A DNA stretch of 64,000 bases from Dehalococcoidia bacterium (GCA_042408205.1 JBHOQK010000009.1:5486-69485), one strand, 5' to 3'. Numbered from the stretch's first letter, positions 9,745-20,128 are shown. A program made the numbers and translations. The notes: generated by a model not told the origin, from the letters alone.

Positions 9745-10314
9745 TTGGTATTAGAGATGTTAACTGAACAAGAAACGAAAGCTTTAGGAAAATTTACGGC
9801 TTCTATTAATGTTGCCCAATTATTAAAAGAAGCCATCGGAGCCAGCCGTCATTATCAATTGAGGGAAATTAGTGAAGGTTCCTTGTCCCCCTGGATAAGG
9901 GGTGACATAACTTTGACTCGTAGTCGGGAAGGTATTTTAGTTAAGGCAATTATAACAACACAAATAGAAGCGGTTTGTAGTCGGTGCCTTATTCCTTTTA
10001 ATCTTGGGATAAATTTTAGTCTGGAAGAGGAATTTCTTCCTACTGTGGATGTGTTTACAGGCTTACCTTTAGCTATACCTAAGGAATCGGAGAATTTTCT
10101 TATTGATGGCAATCATATTCTTGACTTAAGTGAAGCCTTGCGTCAATATTTTCTATTAGCGATACCTCTGAAACCGTTGTGCCAGCCTAATTGTGCTGGA
10201 CTTTGCTCTGTTTGTGGTTATAATCTAAATTTAGGAACCTGTAGTTGTCTGAGAGAAGTTAGGGATCAGCGCTGGTCAAAATTGAAGGAGCTTAGGTTTA
10301 GTGAAAAGGAGTAA
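9745..10314 (+). CDS. yceD: YceD/DUF177 family protein (large-ribosomal-subunit accumulation protein)
   Basis: 189 aa, immediately upstream of rpmF as is typical. It has the paired Cys motifs CSRC...CQPNCAGLCSVCGYNLNLGTCSC. The likely true start is the ATG at about 9757 (MLTEQ). Confidence 0.8.
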   Translation: MVLEMLTEQETKALGKFTASINVAQLLKEAIGASRHYQLREISEGSLSPWIRGDITLTRSREGILVKAIITTQIEAVCSRCLIPFNLGINFSLEEEFLPTVDVFTGLPLAIPKESENFLIDGNHILDLSEALRQYFLLAIPLKPLCQPNCAGLCSVCGYNLNLGTCSCLREVRDQRWSKLKELRFSEKE

Positions 10315-10320
10315 GAAGAG

Positions 10321-10521
10321 ATGTCACCTCCACCGAAAAGAAAATATGCCAAAGCTCGCCAGGGAAAGAGGCGTAGTCATCTTCACTTAACACCTCCAGT
10401 TTTAAATATTTGTCCGCAATGTCATAACCCAAAGTTGCCTCACTATGTTTGTCCAACTTGTGGAACTTATGCTGGGAGGGAAGTGATTGAAATAAAGAAA
10501 CCTAAGAAAAAAACAAGCTAG
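10321..10521 (+). CDS. rpmF: 50S ribosomal protein L32 (zinc-ribbon type)
   Basis: 66 aa, basic N-terminus (KRKYAKARQGKRRSH) and a C4 zinc ribbon (CPQC...CPTC). It lies between yceD and fabD. Confidence 0.8.
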   Translation: MSPPPKRKYAKARQGKRRSHLHLTPPVLNICPQCHNPKLPHYVCPTCGTYAGREVIEIKKPKKKTS

Positions 10522-10529
10522 GGGGTAAT

Positions 10530-11471
10530 ATGATAGAAAGAGATAAAGTTGCTTATGTTTTCCCAGGTCAGGGGTCTCAAGAAGTGGGTATGGGATTTGA
10601 TGTCTATGTTCACTTTGCTTCAGCCCGAGCAGTCTTTGATGAGGCGGACAGAACATTAGGTTTTCCCTTGTCTCGTTTGTGCTTTGAGGGACCTGAAGAG
10701 GAACTTATTCAAACCATCAATGTCCAGCCGGCCGTATTGACTACAAGTATTGCTTTATTAAGGGCAGCTCAAGAAGTTGGTGGACAAAATTTACCCTCTC
10801 CTACTTTTGTTGCTGGGCATAGCTTAGGCGAATATACAGCTTTAGTAGTGGCGAATGTTCTGACTTTGTCTGAAGCGCTTCTCTTAGTTCGCGAAAGGGG
10901 GCGTTTGATGCATGAAGCTGGGCGACGAAAGCCAGGGGGTATGTTAGCGATAATTGGGCTTGACCAACAAGTTATAGAAGATATTTGCTTATACACAGGA
11001 ACTGAAATTTCCAATATTAATTCCCCGGGTCAAGTGGTGATTAGCGGTACTTTGGAAGATTTAGATAAAGCCAGAAGATTAGCTCAGTTAAAAGGCGCCC
11101 GCCGAATTATCCCCTTAAAAGTGAGTGGTGCTTTCCACTCCTCTTTAATGGAACCAGCTTTACCCGGGTTAAGGGATGCTATTGCCGCCTTCAATTTTAA
11201 GTCTCCTACTGTTCCTATTATATCTAATGTCACTGCAGAGCCCCTTACAAATGTTGAAGCAATAAAGACGGAATTGGTCAGGCAAATTCGCTATTGTGTC
11301 CAGTGGCAGCGTTCTATAGAAAATATTATTGACAGAGGTGTAACTACTTTTGTGGAAATTGGTCCCGGTGAGGTGCTTACTGGGTTAATACGGCGAACTC
11401 GACCAGGAGTACAAACTTTTAATATTAATAATGTCAAAAGCGTGATGGAAGTAGCCAGTTGGAGTAGATAA
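10530..11471 (+). CDS. fabD: Malonyl CoA-ACP transacylase
   Basis: 313 aa. Has the GQGSQ motif and the active-site GHSLGEY. Confidence 0.9.
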   Translation: MIERDKVAYVFPGQGSQEVGMGFDVYVHFASARAVFDEADRTLGFPLSRLCFEGPEEELIQTINVQPAVLTTSIALLRAAQEVGGQNLPSPTFVAGHSLGEYTALVVANVLTLSEALLLVRERGRLMHEAGRRKPGGMLAIIGLDQQVIEDICLYTGTEISNINSPGQVVISGTLEDLDKARRLAQLKGARRIIPLKVSGAFHSSLMEPALPGLRDAIAAFNFKSPTVPIISNVTAEPLTNVEAIKTELVRQIRYCVQWQRSIENIIDRGVTTFVEIGPGEVLTGLIRRTRPGVQTFNINNVKSVMEVASWSR

Positions 11472-11527
11472 ACTTTCCCTAAACAGGCGACTCTACATTT
11501 CTCCTAAAGGTAAAGGAAAGGTTTGCG

Positions 11528-12664
11528 GTGTTAAAGGGGGGTCTTTTCATTAAAGCTAATGCTAAATGCAAGAATTGTGGGAAGGAATCACCTCTTATAG
11601 CCCAGTGTCTTAGCTTATGTTTAGATTGTGTTCGGCAAAGTTTTAAAGAAGTAAATCCAATCATTAATGAAGCTCATTATGAAGCAAGGAAAGCTTTTAA
11701 TTTACCCGGACAACCTCCCAAAAATAGTCAAGGAGTTATTTGTCACTTATGTGTTAATGAATGTCAACTTCTTGAAGGAGAAAAGAGTTATTGTGGTTTG
11801 CGCACTGTTAAAAATGGGAAGCTTTTTGGTGTTACTGCGGAGAGGGGTAATTTAAGTTGGTATTATGATCCATTACCGACAAATTGTGTTGCCGATTGGG
11901 TTTGCCCCGGTGGGACGGGGTCTGGTTATCCTGATTATGCTTACTCTCCTGGACCGGAATATGGCTACAAAAACTTAGCTGTGTTTTATCAGGCTTGTTC
12001 CTTTGATTGTCTTTTTTGTCAGAACTGGCAGTATCGGCTGGCAACAAACTATCCCAATTGGGTAAGTGCTACCAGGTTAGCTGAAGTGGTGGATGAGAAA
12101 ACTGCCTGTATTTGTTATTTTGGTGGCGACCCTTCACCTCAGCTCCCTCATGCTCTTAGGGTATCTCGTTTAGCCTTAGAAAGGAATAAAGGACGTATCC
12201 TTCGGATTTGCTGGGAGACTAACGGCTCGATGCATCCTGCTTTGCTTAAACAAGCTGCGGAGCTTTCCCTCAATTCGGGCGGCTGTATCAAATTTGACCT
12301 TAAAGCTTGGAATAAGGAATTGCATTTGGCGCTGTGTGGTATTAGTAACGAACGAACTTTGGAAAACTTCCAATTTCTAGCTCAATATATAAAAAAGCGT
12401 CCTCAGCCACCTTTCCTTATTGCCAGCACTTTACTTATCCCGGGATATATAGATAAAGAGGAGGTTTTTAATATTGCTCGATTTATTGCTGCCTTGGACC
12501 CAAATATTCCCTATTCTCTTCTGGCTTTCCATCCTGACTTCTTGATGACTGATTTACCCACTACATCTCTTCGCCATGCTGAAGAATGTCTTGAAGCCGC
12601 TCGGTCTGCTGGACTGGTAAAAGTTCGCCTTGGTAATGTTCATCTATTGAGAAACAATTACTGA
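11528..12664 (+). CDS. Radical SAM enzyme, PflA-like / AmmeMemoRadiSam-system type, with an N-terminal Cys4 ribbon
   Basis: 378 aa. The N-terminus has CKNCGK...CLDC. A second Cys cluster is CHLCVNEC...C. The radical SAM CxxxCxxC motif is CSFDCLFC, followed by GGDP. Confidence 0.7.
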   Translation: MLKGGLFIKANAKCKNCGKESPLIAQCLSLCLDCVRQSFKEVNPIINEAHYEARKAFNLPGQPPKNSQGVICHLCVNECQLLEGEKSYCGLRTVKNGKLFGVTAERGNLSWYYDPLPTNCVADWVCPGGTGSGYPDYAYSPGPEYGYKNLAVFYQACSFDCLFCQNWQYRLATNYPNWVSATRLAEVVDEKTACICYFGGDPSPQLPHALRVSRLALERNKGRILRICWETNGSMHPALLKQAAELSLNSGGCIKFDLKAWNKELHLALCGISNERTLENFQFLAQYIKKRPQPPFLIASTLLIPGYIDKEEVFNIARFIAALDPNIPYSLLAFHPDFLMTDLPTTSLRHAEECLEAARSAGLVKVRLGNVHLLRNNY

Positions 12665-12666
12665 AA

Positions 12667-13092
12667 ATGTCAGGAGTGAGGCGAAAAGGCAGGATTTTAG
12701 CTTTACAAGCTCTTTATGAGTTTGATTCTACTGGACATGAGCCGGAAAAAGTTTTGAATCGCTTTGTCTCTGAAAAAAATGTATCCTCAAAAGCGGTTAA
12801 TTTTGCCTTTGAGCTAATAAAAGGTGTTCTTGACAATAAAGACAAGTTGGATGATACAATACAAAAATTTGCACCAGCATTTCCGGTAGAGCAATTAGCT
12901 AATATTGATAGGAACATTCTTAGAATTGCTATTTTTGAAATTATGCTTAATAATAAAACACCAGTTAAGGTAGCGATTAATGAAGCTGTGGAATTAGCCA
13001 AGATGTTTGGTAGTGTTACTTCGTCCAAGTTCATTAATGGTGTTTTAGGTTCAGTAATAGCTACCCTTGGAAAAAATGAGGGAAAGGAGTAG
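12667..13092 (+). CDS. nusB: Transcription antitermination factor NusB
   Basis: 141 aa with typical NusB helices (ALQALYEFD...; [12 protein letters not shown]). Confidence 0.85.
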   Translation: MSGVRRKGRILALQALYEFDSTGHEPEKVLNRFVSEKNVSSKAVNFAFELIKGVLDNKDKLDDTIQKFAPAFPVEQLANIDRNILRIAIFEIMLNNKTPVKVAINEAVELAKMFGSVTSSKFINGVLGSVIATLGKNEGKE

Positions 13093-13094
13093 AA

Positions 13095-13355
13095 GTGGCA
13101 ACTATCTTTGAACGGCTTAAAAAAATAATTGTCGAACAATTAGGCGTTAGTGAAGAACAGGTTACTCCTTCAGCGTCTTTTATTGATGACCTTAATGCTG
13201 ATTCCCTGGATCTTGTTGAGCTTATTATGGCAATTGAAGAAGAATTTAGCACCCCAGAAATGAAGTTAGAAATACCGGACGAGGATGCTGAAAAGATTAT
13301 TACTGTGCAGGATGCTATTGATTATCTCCGTGACCGGGGGATAGAGGATAAGTAA
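13095..13355 (+). CDS. acpP: Acyl carrier protein
   Basis: 86 aa with the phosphopantetheine attachment motif [21 protein letters not shown]. Confidence 0.9.
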   Translation: MATIFERLKKIIVEQLGVSEEQVTPSASFIDDLNADSLDLVELIMAIEEEFSTPEMKLEIPDEDAEKIITVQDAIDYLRDRGIEDK

Positions 13356-13362
13356 AGAGTTA

Positions 13363-14598
13363 TTATTCATAAACTTTTTCTTCTGCTTTATCGGCATCTT
13401 GGGCATCAGCTTCTACATCTCTGGTTTCTTCCTTTTTGGCAAGCACTTCCTTGTAATATTCATGTTGAATAATTAGATTCATGATTTCATTACTTCCTGT
13501 CCAGATTAAGCCTAATCGCATATCTCGAAGTAACCGTTCAATAGGGTAAACATTGGTGTATCCGATTCCTCCCATAATTTGCATGGCGTCATTAATTATT
13601 TCCCAAGCGGCTTGAGTAGCAAACTTTTTTGCCTCCGAGACAAGTCTTCTTGCTTTAGCCATTTCTTTGGCTTCGTCAACAGTTGTGGCAGCAGCATACA
13701 CAAGTCCCCGAGCCGCATCTAACTTAGTAATACTGTCAGCTACTCGAAAACTTACCCCCTGGAACTCCATTATTTTTTGCCCGAAAGCTTTCCTTTTGGT
13801 ACTATATTTGGCAGCTATTTCTAAGGCAGCTCTAGCAATACCAATTGAGGCCGCAGCTGAGGTAAGCCTTTCTGGAATCATCATTTGATAAAAAACTTCA
13901 GCTCCAGCATTTTCCTTTCCGACTAAGTTGCTTTCAGGAACTGGTGTGTTCCGGAAGAGGATTCTCCCAGTGCCTCCGCCTCGGGTTCCCAAAAGTCCGT
14001 AAATATGTTTAACCTCCACTCCGGCATCTCTATCCACGATAAAGACACTGAGAGACTCATGTCCGGGAGCATCAAGCCTGGTTCGAGCATAGACCAGAAA
14101 ATAGTCAGCTCCTTCAGCTCCAACTATAAAGCGCTTTTGCCCAGTAAGGAGATATTTATGTCCGTCTTTTTTGGCAAAGGTAGTAGTTCCGAAAAAATCA
14201 GAACCACCGCGAGGCTCAGTAAGAGCCTCAGCACAACATAACTTCCCTTCTAAAGTGGGTTTAAGGTATTTCTGTTTTTGTTCTTCCGTTCCAAAAACGT
14301 ATAGTGCTTCTCCGACTATACTGGGGAGAGCAAAAAGGCACCCTAAAGACCCTCCTAAAACCCCTATCTCTTCTAAGGCTATAATTTCATCTATCCATTT
14401 TAGCCCCCTTCCTCCGTATTTTAGTGGAAACCGTAGTCCAAGAAGTTTCTTTTGGGCTAACATTTGTACATATTCTCTTGGATATTTCACTTTATCTGCA
14501 TCCATATCCAATAATAGCTGGCGAGGAACACTTTTCACAAAATTTCGCACTTCTTTTCTTAGTTGCTTTTGTTCCTCCGTTAACAAAGAATCAAACAT
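13363..14598 (-). CDS. Acyl-CoA dehydrogenase family protein
   Basis: 411 aa with the ACAD N-terminal, middle and C-terminal domain pattern. Confidence 0.85.
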   Translation of the reverse strand: MFDSLLTEEQKQLRKEVRNFVKSVPRQLLLDMDADKVKYPREYVQMLAQKKLLGLRFPLKYGGRGLKWIDEIIALEEIGVLGGSLGCLFALPSIVGEALYVFGTEEQKQKYLKPTLEGKLCCAEALTEPRGGSDFFGTTTFAKKDGHKYLLTGQKRFIVGAEGADYFLVYARTRLDAPGHESLSVFIVDRDAGVEVKHIYGLLGTRGGGTGRILFRNTPVPESNLVGKENAGAEVFYQMMIPERLTSAAASIGIARAALEIAAKYSTKRKAFGQKIMEFQGVSFRVADSITKLDAARGLVYAAATTVDEAKEMAKARRLVSEAKKFATQAAWEIINDAMQIMGGIGYTNVYPIERLLRDMRLGLIWTGSNEIMNLIIQHEYYKEVLAKKEETRDVEADAQDADKAEEKVYE

Positions 14599-14601
14599 TT
14601 T

Positions 14602-15558
14602 TCATACCTCCCTTTTAGCCAATTTTTTGGCGAGTATGGATTTTACTGCTTGCTGAATGTTTTTAGCACTAAGCCCATATTTTTGCAAGAGTTCTTCTGG
14701 CTTGCCTGATTTAGCATAGGTGTCTTTAATACCAAGGAAAAACATAGGTACCGGCTTCTCTCGAGCAACTACTCGAGCTACTCGGCTACCCAAGCCACCA
14801 TGCTCTAAATGTTCTTCGGCAACTACAATAGCCCCAGTATCTATAGCAGCTTTTACAATAGCTTCCTCATCTAAGGGTTTTAAGGTGTGCATATTAATAA
14901 CCTGACAATCAATACCTTCGGCGGCTAATGCTTCAGCAGCTTCTATGGCTTTAGCTACCATAATGCCCATAGTAATAATTGTGACATCTTTGCCTGGTCT
15001 CATGATTACAGCTTTACCTAAGGTGAAAGAATAACTTTCGTCGTAGACTAAAGGTGTTTTGGGGCGACTGAGTCGGATATAGAAAGGTCCGTAAGTGGTA
15101 GCAGCTACTTTCACTGCTTTGACAGTTTCAATAGCATCAGCCGGTACTACTACAGTAAAACCTGGCAAAGAACAGAAGAGGGCTAAATCTTCAATAGAAT
15201 GGTGAGAAAAACCATCTTCTCCAACAGTGATCCCACCATGGGTGGCTACAATTTTAACGTTCAGTCTTGGTTGAGAAATACACATTCGGAGTTGGTCAAA
15301 GCAGCGACAGGACGCAAAGACGGCAAAAGTACTGGCAAAAACAGTCTTTCCTGAGGCAGCCAGCCCGGCAGAAATGCCAATCATGTTTTGTTCAGCTAAG
15401 CCACAGTTGAAAAAACGTTCTGGAAAGGCTTCGGCGAAGAAACGGGTCATGGTTGACCGGGATAGGTCGGCATCCAGCACCACAATATTGGGGTCAGTCT
15501 TACCTAATTCCACTAAGGTTTTACCATAAGCTTCCCGAGTAGAAGCTTCAGCAACCAT
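14602..15558 (-). CDS. Transketolase, C-terminal (pyrimidine-binding) subunit
   Basis: 318 aa, the second half of a split two-subunit transketolase, directly downstream of the N-terminal subunit gene. Confidence 0.9.
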   Translation of the reverse strand: MVAEASTREAYGKTLVELGKTDPNIVVLDADLSRSTMTRFFAEAFPERFFNCGLAEQNMIGISAGLAASGKTVFASTFAVFASCRCFDQLRMCISQPRLNVKIVATHGGITVGEDGFSHHSIEDLALFCSLPGFTVVVPADAIETVKAVKVAATTYGPFYIRLSRPKTPLVYDESYSFTLGKAVIMRPGKDVTIITMGIMVAKAIEAAEALAAEGIDCQVINMHTLKPLDEEAIVKAAIDTGAIVVAEEHLEHGGLGSRVARVVAREKPVPMFFLGIKDTYAKSGKPEELLQKYGLSAKNIQQAVKSILAKKLAKREV

Positions 15559-15560
15559 TT

Positions 15561-16385
15561 TTATTCCAGTTCTTTTAAGGCTCTTTCAGCTTCTTGTGGG
15601 GTGGGGGCTTTGCCATGGAATTCTATATTGTTTTCCATAAAGCTAACACCTTTACCTTTAACCGTATGAGCGATAATAGCAGTAGGTTTACCTTTAACTT
15701 CTCGAGCTTTATCAAAGGCAGTTAGAATTTGCTGAAAGTCATGTCCATCTATTTCTAAAACTTCCCAGCCAAAAGCGCGCCATTTATCGGCTAAAGGCTC
15801 TAAATTCATTATGTCACAGCAATAACCATCTAATTGTTGCTTATTATAGTCGATTATGGCTACTAAATTATCGACTTTAAAATGAGCAGCTGCGGCTGCG
15901 GCTTCCCAAATTTGCCCTTCATCACATTCCCCATCGCCTAAGAGGACATAAACGCGATAATTACGGGAGTCAAGTTTCCCAGCTAAAGCTATGCCAATAC
16001 CAAAAGATAAGCCTTGTCCCAGAGCGCCCGCTGACATTTCTACCCCGGGAGTCAGGTTTCGGTCAGGGTGACCCTGAAGGCGGCTATTTAGCTTTCTTAG
16101 GGTGAGGAGTTCCTCTACTGGAAAATAACCACACTCAGCCAAGGCGGCATAAAGAATTGGAGCTGCGTGCCCTTTGCTCAGGACAAAACGATCTCGGTCT
16201 TGCCAATTTGGGTTTTTGGGGTCATGGTGCATAACTTTAAAGTAAAGGGCAGTGATAATGTCAGCAGCAGAGAGAGAGCCGCCTGGGTGACCGCTCCCAG
16301 CTGTAGCTATCATAGTAATCACATGACGACGCAGCTTTTTGGCTATTTTCTTCAATTCTTCAATAGTAGGGTCATTAACAAGCAC
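15561..16385 (-). CDS. Transketolase, N-terminal (TPP-binding) subunit
   Basis: 274 aa with the TPP-binding GDG motif (LLGDGECDEGQIWEAA). Confidence 0.9.
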   Translation of the reverse strand: MLVNDPTIEELKKIAKKLRRHVITMIATAGSGHPGGSLSAADIITALYFKVMHHDPKNPNWQDRDRFVLSKGHAAPILYAALAECGYFPVEELLTLRKLNSRLQGHPDRNLTPGVEMSAGALGQGLSFGIGIALAGKLDSRNYRVYVLLGDGECDEGQIWEAAAAAAHFKVDNLVAIIDYNKQQLDGYCCDIMNLEPLADKWRAFGWEVLEIDGHDFQQILTAFDKAREVKGKPTAIIAHTVKGKGVSFMENNIEFHGKAPTPQEAERALKELE

Positions 16386-16457
16386 AACTACATTATAATG
16401 AGTTAGGCTCCTTGAGTCTATTGAGGCTTGAGTATTGGCAACTTATAATGAAAAGGG

Positions 16458-17297
16458 ATGGTTATCGATTTTCATACTCATATCGTGCCACCTAAGATAA
16501 AGGAAAATCGTGCTGATTATCTGGCTCGTGATCCAGTCTTTTCTCTCCTTTATTCTCAAAGTAAAGCGAAATTAGCCACTGCCGAGGAGCTTATCGAGAG
16601 TATGGAGAAGGATGAGGTTGATTTATCGGTAGTTCTTAACTTAGGTTGGGGAAGCCATGAGCTATGTGTTGAAACCAATGACTATATTTTGGAGTCGGTT
16701 AATCGATATCCGAGACGTTTGGTAGGTTTTTGTACTATTCAACCTCAAGCTGGAGACATAGCTTTAGCCGAATTGGAACGCTGTGCTAAAGCGGGAGCCA
16801 GAGGAATAGGTGAGATGAGGACCGATATTCAAGGTGTTAATCTTACCAATAGTTTAATAATGAAACCGGTGATAGAGATAGTTCTTAAATATGATTTGAT
16901 CTTCTTAACCCATGCTTCAGAACCAGTAGGACATCATTATTTTGGGAAAGGAAGTCTTACTCCTGATATCCTCTATTCCTTTATTGTCCAGTTTCCTTCG
17001 GTCAAGGTAGTCTGTGCCCATTGGGGTGGCGGTTTGCCTTTTTATGCCCTTATGCCCGAGGTAAAGAATGCTTTGACTCATGTCTTTTTTGATACCGCGG
17101 CAACACCATTTCTGTATGAAGACCGGATTTTTCAGCAAACTATGGATTTGGTTGGGAGTGACAAAATTCTTTTTGGTAGTGATTATCCGCTTTTGTCTCA
17201 GAAACGGATTATAAATCAGGTAAATTCTCTTAATTTACCTAAATTAGCTAAGAAAATGATTCTGGGAGAAAATGCTCAAAGATTGCTATTCAAATGA
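16458..17297 (+). CDS. Amidohydrolase-2 (TIM-barrel metal-dependent hydrolase) family protein
   Basis: 279 aa. The N-terminal HxH (IDFHTHIVP) and downstream His/Asp ligands fit the PF04909-like family. Confidence 0.7.
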   Translation: MVIDFHTHIVPPKIKENRADYLARDPVFSLLYSQSKAKLATAEELIESMEKDEVDLSVVLNLGWGSHELCVETNDYILESVNRYPRRLVGFCTIQPQAGDIALAELERCAKAGARGIGEMRTDIQGVNLTNSLIMKPVIEIVLKYDLIFLTHASEPVGHHYFGKGSLTPDILYSFIVQFPSVKVVCAHWGGGLPFYALMPEVKNALTHVFFDTAATPFLYEDRIFQQTMDLVGSDKILFGSDYPLLSQKRIINQVNSLNLPKLAKKMILGENAQRLLFK

Positions 17298-17877
17298 AGA
17301 ACAAATTCGCTCTTTTATTGCTATAGAATTACCCCCGGAGATTAAAGAGGCTTTAGGGAGCTGGCAAGCTAAGCTTAAGCTCGCTGAGTACACTTTTGTT
17401 AAATGGGTAACCCCTGAAGGGATTCATTTGACTTTGAAGTTTTTAGGCAATGTAGCTGGGGCAAAAATACCTCATATAGTAAGAGCTTTAGAAAGTATTG
17501 CTATAGGTTTTCCTTCTTTCCGACTGGAAATTTCAGGTTTAGGAGCTTTTCCCAATTGGAAGCAGCTAAGGGTGCTGTGGGTTGGTATAGGAGGAGAAAC
17601 AAACCAGTTAATGAGTCTTCAACAGCTTATTGATAAAGCTCTTACTCCCCATGGCTTTAGCCCAGAAGCCCGACCTTTTACTCCTCATCTGACCTTAGCT
17701 CGTTTACGTGCTGAAGCTCTACCCCGGGATAAGCAAAACTTTAACGAATTAATCCAGAAAACACCTTTCATTGGTAAATATGAGATGGAAGTTAAAAGTA
17801 TTAGCTTGATGCGGAGTCAACTTTTTCCTACTGGCGCGGTTTATACCTGTTTGGCACAGATAGCGTTAAAAGGATAG
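17272..17877 (+). CDS. thpR: RNA 2',3'-cyclic phosphodiesterase (2'-5' RNA ligase LigT family)
   Basis: 201 aa. Has two H-x-T/S-x motifs (HLTLKF and HLTLAR) and the RSFIAIELP start region. Its annotated start overlaps the preceding gene by 26 nt, so the true start may be further downstream. Confidence 0.8.
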   Translation: MLKDCYSNEEQIRSFIAIELPPEIKEALGSWQAKLKLAEYTFVKWVTPEGIHLTLKFLGNVAGAKIPHIVRALESIAIGFPSFRLEISGLGAFPNWKQLRVLWVGIGGETNQLMSLQQLIDKALTPHGFSPEARPFTPHLTLARLRAEALPRDKQNFNELIQKTPFIGKYEMEVKSISLMRSQLFPTGAVYTCLAQIALKG

Positions 17878-17908
17878 GTAAAGCTCAAAGCTACAACAGC
17901 TTTAAAAC

Positions 17909-17937
17909 TTGCCAAACATATGTTGTTAATGTATACT
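17909..17937 (+). promoter_or_regulatory. Putative sigma70 promoter for the small zinc-ribbon gene and comF
   Basis: TTGCCA at 17909-17914, a 17-nt spacer, and TATACT at 17932-17937. The RBS GGGAGG lies at about 17963-17968. Confidence 0.45.
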
Positions 17938-17980
17938 AAATTCGCTTTATTAATCAATTTTTGGTCGGGAGGTGGAAACC

Positions 17981-18196
17981 GTGCAATATTTCCAATTTCC
18001 AAAATGTCAGAAGTGTCGAACCGGTGATTTGGTACCTTTGTCTGACTTTGGTAGCCAGGGGGCGGCAATTCATTATAAAGCTTGGGTATGCACCAATCCG
18101 GACTGCGGTTACAATATCAAAATTAGAAATGGTGATGTGTATTTAAATGAACCTATCTTTAGTGGCACAGCTCATTCTACTCGGCTACGCCATTAA
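17981..18196 (+). CDS. Small zinc-ribbon protein (about 72 aa)
   Basis: Has CxxC...CxxxxC (CQKCRTGD...CTNPDCGY). The likely start is the GTG 9 nt after GGGAGG. The track ORF begins at an earlier GTG (17972). Confidence 0.5.
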   Translation: MQYFQFPKCQKCRTGDLVPLSDFGSQGAAIHYKAWVCTNPDCGYNIKIRNGDVYLNEPIFSGTAHSTRLRH

Positions 18197-18249
18197 GTTT
18201 TCCCATTTACTATAACTATAATCCCACACTAACTTTTCAAAGGAGAGTA

Positions 18250-18957
18250 TTGCCTCTTTGGCTAAGTCGGTTTGGGGAGCTGACTTTAGATTTATTTTTT
18301 CCGCGGCATTGTGTGGGGTGTGGTCAAAAAGGTAGTTTTATTTGCCCTAATTGCTGGCGAACCTTGCCCAGAATAGTTCCCCCAGTTTGTCCTAAGTGTG
18401 GTAGACCTCAACCCAGTGGTCTATTGTGTGCCAATTGCTGGCAAAAGCCCAGTAAAATTGATGGTATTCGTTCTATTTCTCCTTTTGAAGGTGTTATGCG
18501 ACAGGCGATCCATGAACTGAAGTATCATAATTTAAAGGCAATTTCAGTTCCTTTAGCCTACCTATTAGTTAATTATTTGGTAACAACTCCTTTACCCGTT
18601 AAAATAGACGTAATAGTACCAGTGCCTCTTCATCCTAAGCGTTTACAGGAGCGAGGTTATAATCAATCAAGTTTATTGGCTAAAGAATTAAGCAAGCAGA
18701 GTGGTTTACCTTTAGTGGAAGATTGTCTTTACCGAATCATTAATAGTCCCCCTCAGGTAAGAACAAATAACATTGAAGAGCGATGGCAAAATGTGGCTAA
18801 TGCCTTTGAGTGTCGTAACGATAAGCTTATTGGGAAGAGAGTTTTATTAATTGACGATGTCTGTACTTCAGGAGCTACCTTAGAAGCCTGTGCTAAGGCT
18901 CTTAAAGATAGAGGAGCATCCATGGTATGGGGATTAACTTTAGCTCGGGAAATTTAA
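18250..18957 (+). CDS. comF: ComF-family phosphoribosyltransferase (ComFC/Gnt-like)
   Basis: 235 aa. The N-terminus has a double zinc finger (CVGCG...CPNC; CPKCG...CANC). The C-terminal PRTase motif is VLLIDDVCTSGATL. Confidence 0.8.
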   Translation: MPLWLSRFGELTLDLFFPRHCVGCGQKGSFICPNCWRTLPRIVPPVCPKCGRPQPSGLLCANCWQKPSKIDGIRSISPFEGVMRQAIHELKYHNLKAISVPLAYLLVNYLVTTPLPVKIDVIVPVPLHPKRLQERGYNQSSLLAKELSKQSGLPLVEDCLYRIINSPPQVRTNNIEERWQNVANAFECRNDKLIGKRVLLIDDVCTSGATLEACAKALKDRGASMVWGLTLAREI

Positions 18958-18975
18958 TAAAGGTAGGAGGGAAAA

Positions 18976-19533
18976 ATGGAACTTAAGATTGTTGGTAAAA
19001 ATGTGGCAATTTTAGAGCCTGTGGAACATTATATCCATAAGAAAATTGGCAAGTTAGCTCGGTATTTACCTGGTATTAGTGAAGCTAAAGTAGAAGTCCG
19101 TGAGGAAATGACTAAGTCTCCTGAGCAGCGCTTTGTGGTTCAGGTAACCTTAGAGAGGAAGGATATCTTTTTACGGGGTGAGGAGAGGGCTGATGATATT
19201 TATGCTGCTGTTGACTTAGTTAGCGATACATTAGCTCGTCAAATTGAGCGGTATAAAGGAAGGCTATATGAGAAGGGTAGGGGTGTTTCTTTGGCTCGCC
19301 AGGGAGCTAATCCTGGAGAAATTTCTGACACAGAAGAGACCAAACCATTAAGGAAAGTAGTTAAGGTTAAGAGATTTCCAGTAAAACCGATGTCAGTAGA
19401 TGAAGCGGCGACCCAAATGGAACTTTTAGGGCATGATTTCTTTATTTTCGTTAATGCAGATACTGGAGATATTAATCTTCTCTACCGAAGGAAAGACGGT
19501 AATTATGGGCTTATTGAGCCTGAACTAGCGTAA
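18976..19533 (+). CDS. hpf: Ribosome hibernation promoting factor, long form
   Basis: 185 aa with an N-terminal RaiA/YfiA fold (MELKIVGKNVAILEPVEHYIHKKIGKLARYL) plus a C-terminal dimerisation extension. Confidence 0.9.
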   Translation: MELKIVGKNVAILEPVEHYIHKKIGKLARYLPGISEAKVEVREEMTKSPEQRFVVQVTLERKDIFLRGEERADDIYAAVDLVSDTLARQIERYKGRLYEKGRGVSLARQGANPGEISDTEETKPLRKVVKVKRFPVKPMSVDEAATQMELLGHDFFIFVNADTGDINLLYRRKDGNYGLIEPELA

Positions 19534-19561
19534 TACAAAACGTAATATTCTGGATTGGACT

Positions 19562-20128
19562 TTATGGCTTTAGGGCGTAGTGGAAAATCCCGATGCCCAT
19601 AAAGATAGCACCGAGGATAAAAGTTATCCTAAAGCCTATTGTCTCAGCCAGAAAACCACCAAGAAGTGGGCCAATAATCCAGCCTATTGACCACGTTCGT
19701 TCATATACACCCATTGCCCAGCCTCTTTCTTCTTTTGGTACAATGTCGGCAATAAGGGCAGGTACTGTGGCGCCAAGAGCTGCCCAACTGGCACCCTCAA
19801 GGGCATAAACAGGGAAGGCTTGGGGAAAGTTTCTCAGCAGGCTATAGAGAGCAAAGGCGATAGCAAAACCTATCATACATAATAACAATATTCGTCGCCT
19901 GCCAAACCTGTCTGAAAGCCTACCTAAAAAGGGAGCCAAAGCAGCTCCAGTCGCGGCTCCGACCATATATAGGAGACCAATATGACGAGTAGAAGCCCTT
20001 AAAACCTCATTGACATAGAGAGGTAAGATAGAATAAACCATTCCAGAACAAACCATTAGAGGAAAAATAGCTAAGCATAGGCGATAAAGTGATTTTTTAT
20101 GTGACATAGGTGTCTCCTTTTTACTCAA
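19562..20128 (-). CDS. Half-size MFS-like membrane protein (6 TM; N-terminal MFS half only)
   Basis: 188 aa. Has the MFS loop 2-3 motif (GRLSDRFGRRRILL). The ORF ends 28 nt from the convergent hpf stop, so there is no room for a C-terminal half. Confidence 0.6.
   Translation of the reverse strand: MSKKETPMSHKKSLYRLCLAIFPLMVCSGMVYSILPLYVNEVLRASTRHIGLLYMVGAATGAALAPFLGRLSDRFGRRRILLLCMIGFAIAFALYSLLRNFPQAFPVYALEGASWAALGATVPALIADIVPKEERGWAMGVYERTWSIGWIIGPLLGGFLAETIGFRITFILGAIFMGIGIFHYALKP

Noticed and set aside
12714-13139. 141-aa minus-strand ORF
   Set aside because: It is entirely antisense to the well-supported nusB gene and has no RBS or domain. Treated as spurious.
14171-14656. 161-aa plus-strand ORF
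   Set aside because: It is antisense to the acyl-CoA dehydrogenase gene, low-complexity and Ser/Pro-rich. Treated as spurious.
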